Sequence record: NC_031927.1
Length of the DNA: 64,000 nucleotides
Direction: 5' to 3' (one strand)
The position numbers and the translations under genes were made by a program. Position 1 is the stretch's first letter. Each line of letters opens with the position of its first letter. Shown here piece after piece: positions 60,760 through 64,000 of this stretch. Under the pieces are notes generated by a model. It was not told the origin of the DNA and ran no database searches. It saw only the letters and a list, made by a program, of their open reading frames with translations.

Positions 60760-62220
60760 ATGGACCTCAATTCTTATATTCAGCTCAAAGAGGCATATTC
60801 TCAGGTAGGTAAGCCACAACAACTAACCGAGAATGTTGACTCTATCTGGGAAGAAGTTGAAGCATTTGCTCACGCCCTAGTAGAAGAGGAGGGGCTTGAC
60901 CTAAGTGATATGACTTGGGATGAGGTCCGTGATGCATATTTACAAGAGCAGGGTAGTGGTCAAAGAGGCAGCGCAAGAAGAAATGCTGCGGCACGCGCAA
61001 ACAGAGATCCAGAAGCTGGTAGGACGAGAAGCCAGCAGCAGATGGACGCCAAGATTGATAAAGAATTTGGTAGTAAGAATCCAAAAACAGGTCTAGCCAA
61101 CTTAGGATCAAATTACGCTGCTCAAGAGAAAGCCGCAGCAAAAGCAGCAGAAGCATCTAGAGGATCAGGTGGATCAAGTCTTTCTTCTGCTGTTGCTGAA
61201 AAACAGGCTAAAGCTAAAGCTAAACTAGAAGCACAAAGGAATAGTGGCGGAACTGGTGCTACTAGTAATAGTAAGACAACAGCCAAGACAACAACCAAGC
61301 CAGAAACCAAGACAACAACTCAGACAACAACCAAGACATCTACTCCAGCAGCTAAGACCCAGCCTGCTGCTCCTGCTAAAGATCGTATGGCTGGTGCTTC
61401 CAAGGCTGACCGTATGGGTGCTTGGGCGAAAGCTAATCCAAAACTAGCTGCTGCTCAAAAGCAAAGAGCTGCTACAAGAGGAACTAGTGCGACAACTAAC
61501 CCAATGATGAAGGACTTGGCTAAGCGTATGCCCAAGCCTGCTGCTCCTAATAAGCCTTCTGGTGGTGGATTGTCTGCAGTAAAACCACAGAGTTTCAATA
61601 CTTCTGTTGCCGCAGGAAGCGCAATGAAGTCAGCTGCCTCTAAGCCAACACCAAAACCAGCTGCTCCTAGTTTCGGTGCTGGTATTAAGGCTGGGTCTAT
61701 GCTTAAGAAAGAAGAGTTTAGTGATTTTGATATCATCCTAACCCACCTAATTGAGCAAGGTTTTGGTGATGACGAAGCTCTCACTCTTATGGTCAATATG
61801 ACCGAAGAGAAGCGTGAAGAGATCCTAGAGAACCGTCGTGCTGCTCGCGCTGCTGGTGGCTACAAAGATGACTCTAAGAAGCAAACTGATCCATCCAAGG
61901 ATGGTTTCACTGGTATCTCTGGTTCTATCAAAGATATTATGAGGCAAAGTGCTGCTATGGATAAGAAGAAGAAGCAGAAAACCCAAAAGGAAGAAACTGA
62001 TTCTCTCTACCAGGCATATCTCTCTATGATGAGTGAGGAAGAGTCTGATAAGCGTAATGACAAGCACCTAGAAAGCGGCGGACACGCAGCTAAGACCGAC
62101 TACAGCAAGCCTCCTGCTACTGGTAACGACTTCGGTAAGAAGAAGCCTTTGAGTGATGAGGAGCGCAGTGCTGCTATGGCTAAGATTGTAGCTAAACTTA
62201 AAAAGCAAGGTGGTAAGTAG
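60760..62220 (+). CDS. Low-complexity Ala/Lys/Thr-rich protein, probable head-associated/internal protein
   Basis: 486 aa after TATAAATA at about 60728; acidic (L/I)xE-containing blocks flanking basic blocks; shares a cassette with 21659..23578. Confidence 0.75.
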   Translation: MDLNSYIQLKEAYSQVGKPQQLTENVDSIWEEVEAFAHALVEEEGLDLSDMTWDEVRDAYLQEQGSGQRGSARRNAAARANRDPEAGRTRSQQQMDAKIDKEFGSKNPKTGLANLGSNYAAQEKAAAKAAEASRGSGGSSLSSAVAEKQAKAKAKLEAQRNSGGTGATSNSKTTAKTTTKPETKTTTQTTTKTSTPAAKTQPAAPAKDRMAGASKADRMGAWAKANPKLAAAQKQRAATRGTSATTNPMMKDLAKRMPKPAAPNKPSGGGLSAVKPQSFNTSVAAGSAMKSAASKPTPKPAAPSFGAGIKAGSMLKKEEFSDFDIILTHLIEQGFGDDEALTLMVNMTEEKREEILENRRAARAAGGYKDDSKKQTDPSKDGFTGISGSIKDIMRQSAAMDKKKKQKTQKEETDSLYQAYLSMMSEEESDKRNDKHLESGGHAAKTDYSKPPATGNDFGKKKPLSDEERSAAMAKIVAKLKKQGGK

Positions 62221-62251
62221 GACTAAATAAACTGTCCAACTGGAGTGTCTT

Positions 62252-62410
62252 ATGACCGTTCCACGCAATTACTTAATGAGATATTGTGTGATAGGTTACA
62301 AAGACGATAAAAAACGCGAAGAGTTCTTTAATTCAGGTAGAGATGCCTGGATTATGGAGAGCTACTTAAAGCGAAATGGTTACCGTGGTGTTAGAATCTC
62401 GGTCAAATAA
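62252..62410 (+). CDS. Small hypothetical protein (52 aa, not in ORF track)
   Basis: MRYCVIGYKDDKKREEFFNSGRDAWIMESYLKRNGY...; start 62252 or 62276. Confidence 0.5.
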   Translation: MTVPRNYLMRYCVIGYKDDKKREEFFNSGRDAWIMESYLKRNGYRGVRISVK

Positions 62411-62414
62411 ATAG

Positions 62415-62440
62415 AGCCTCCCTATATGGGAGGTTTTTTT
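62415..62440 (+). terminator. Intrinsic terminator
   Basis: agcctccc-tatat-gggaggtt + T run. Confidence 0.8.
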
Positions 62441-62496
62441 ATGTGTTATAATGAACATAAGGGTATCCCTAAATAAAATATACGCAAGTATAACTT

Positions 62497-62898
62497 ATGA
62501 ATACTTATGGTTCTCCAGAAGGTTACCTATATAACCTTCATACCTGCTCCCCATCGGAAGCAAAGAGGATGTGGAAGAAAGCTATTAAAGAACAATGGGG
62601 TAATAAATGCGCTTACTGTGGCTCAGATACAAACCTAACATTAGATCATATAGTTCCACGTTCAAAAGGAGGTAGTAACCATACAACAAATGTATTATGT
62701 GCATGTGAATCATGCAACGCAGACAAAGCATATACTGAATGGATCATCTGGTATATCGAACAACCATTCTTCACAGAAGAGCGCCGTGAGGCAATCGAAA
62801 AATGGATGTTCCCTACAGAGGAAGTAAATCCAAATCTATTTGTGCAGGAGCAACCAAAGAGATACTCTTATGGTACCCGCAGAACTAGAGCTTACTGA
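62497..62898 (+). CDS. HNH endonuclease
   Basis: CAYCG...TLDHIVPRSKGG...NVLCACESCN. Confidence 0.92.
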   Translation: MNTYGSPEGYLYNLHTCSPSEAKRMWKKAIKEQWGNKCAYCGSDTNLTLDHIVPRSKGGSNHTTNVLCACESCNADKAYTEWIIWYIEQPFFTEERREAIEKWMFPTEEVNPNLFVQEQPKRYSYGTRRTRAY

Positions 62899-62922
62899 CT
62901 CTTATCCTTTACACACTTTTAT

Positions 62923-63036
62923 ATGGACTCCCACCCGAGTAGCTTAGAAAACGAGATAGACGAATTAAAACAGGGCTTTATGGGCTCTATTCTAGGAGCA
63001 ATTATATACATACTTCCCTTTATCATACTTCTTTAA
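62923..63036 (+). CDS. Small membrane peptide (37 aa)
   Basis: C-terminal GFMGSILGAIIYILPFIILL. Confidence 0.4.
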   Translation: MDSHPSSLENEIDELKQGFMGSILGAIIYILPFIILL

Positions 63037-63126
63037 AAAAGTCAAGTCAAATTAGGTGTATAAATAATCGTAAGGAGATTATATGAATGTGATTTTCTTC
63101 TTACATTAGCCTGATCTGACGTAGCA

Positions 63127-64000
63127 ATGATTTCATCAGAAACCAAGATTTTACTTAAGCGTTCTGGCGTTCCAGGACGTATTCCATCCTTAGCGGACCT
63201 AAAACTAGGCGAGTTGGGTATCAACTATTATGACGGTAAGGTATACCTCCGTCAAGAAAATGATGTAGTTGGTTCCCGTATCATCGAGCCTGGTCAGGGT
63301 GACGATATTGGTAGGACTATTTTCGTAACCGTAAATGGTAACGACAACAACTCCGGTCTTAACGAGAGAGACTCCGTAAGAACCATCAAAAAAGCCGCTG
63401 AGTTAGCTCAGTTTGGCGATGGTATCAAGGTGTATCCTGGTCAGTATATCGAAGACAACCCCATTACATTCCGCGATTTGGTTGCGGTTGAGGGTATGGA
63501 TCTTCGTAACGTCCTAGTTACTCCTGCTAATCCAGAGAAAGATTTATATTTAGTTGGTGACGGTTTCCACGCAACTAACCATTCATTCGTATCAAACCAA
63601 GATTCTCGCGATGCTGCCGCGATCATCTCATTCCGCCCTCTAGAAGGAACCGCATCTGATCGCTACTTTGATGCTGCCCGTCTAATCAGGGACAACCTAA
63701 ACTTCATTTCAGGCGAAGCTGTAGGTTTCTTGACTAGTGGCTATTCAGGCTTTGCTGCTGGTCAAAGATCTCAAGATGCTGCTCGTGCTATTGAACTCAA
63801 CACAAACTTTATTAGTGAAGAGTCCTTCCAGTATATCAACAGCCCAGATTATAGGGGTCCAGCATACACTAATCCAGATATCAACCAGTGTCGTAGTGAC
63901 CTAAAGGATATTCTAGCTGGATGGAGATATGACTTAATCTCTGATGGTAACTCCGAGTCAACTGGTGTAGGTCTAACCTACTACGCACCAGTCAAGTTCA
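63127..64000 (+). CDS. Large virion structural protein, truncated by the window end
   Basis: MISSETKILLKRSGVPGRIPSLADLKLGELGINYYDGKVY...IFVTVNGNDNNSG...TIKKA...IKVYPGQY; TATAAATA at about 63059; no stop before 64000. Confidence 0.8.
   Translation, partial: MISSETKILLKRSGVPGRIPSLADLKLGELGINYYDGKVYLRQENDVVGSRIIEPGQGDDIGRTIFVTVNGNDNNSGLNERDSVRTIKKAAELAQFGDGIKVYPGQYIEDNPITFRDLVAVEGMDLRNVLVTPANPEKDLYLVGDGFHATNHSFVSNQDSRDAAAIISFRPLEGTASDRYFDAARLIRDNLNFISGEAVGFLTSGYSGFAAGQRSQDAARAIELNTNFISEESFQYINSPDYRGPAYTNPDINQCRSDLKDILAGWRYDLISDGNSESTGVGLTYYAPVKF

Noticed and set aside
62497-62898. HNH gene as part of a mobile intron
   Set aside because: It is free-standing between a terminator and a small ORF, does not interrupt a gene, and no group I intron core was recognisable.

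Overview
A 64-kb segment of a T4-like cyanobacterial myovirus (cyanophage). All supported genes lie on the + strand. It carries the T4 core replication genes (gp44, gp62, regA, gp43, uvsX, gp41, gp61, nrdA, nrdB), typical cyanophage accessory genes (sHsp, mazG, hli, cpeT/cpcT-like lyase, peptide deformylase, 2OG-Fe(II) oxygenase, denV-like glycosylase), four tRNAs, two glycosyltransferase islands, a lysis/cell-wall cluster and a 12-kb block of collagen-like fibre genes. It has many TAAATA late promoters, sigma70-like promoters and intrinsic terminators. The strongest unannotated signals are these. (1) A textbook -1 ribosomal frameshift signal (U_UUU_UUU, 5-nt spacer, 13-bp hairpin) would fuse a C39 peptidase to a start-less GH24 lysozyme. 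(2) A gmd/fcl/colD-like trio with the diagnostic Lys-to-His swap predicts GDP-colitose synthesis, directly beside Thr-rich collagen-like fibre genes, suggesting a possible virion self-glycosylation system. (3) Two charged proteins look like polyproteins of basic peptides separated by (L/I)xE prohead-protease sites and share one cassette 39 kb apart. (4) An array of covarying tandem RNA pseudoknots resembles the manA motif. (5) A ROSE-type thermometer hairpin covers the sHsp ribosome-binding site. (6) GGCC appears to be completely absent. All family assignments come from motifs recognised by eye; no database searches or folding computations were run.
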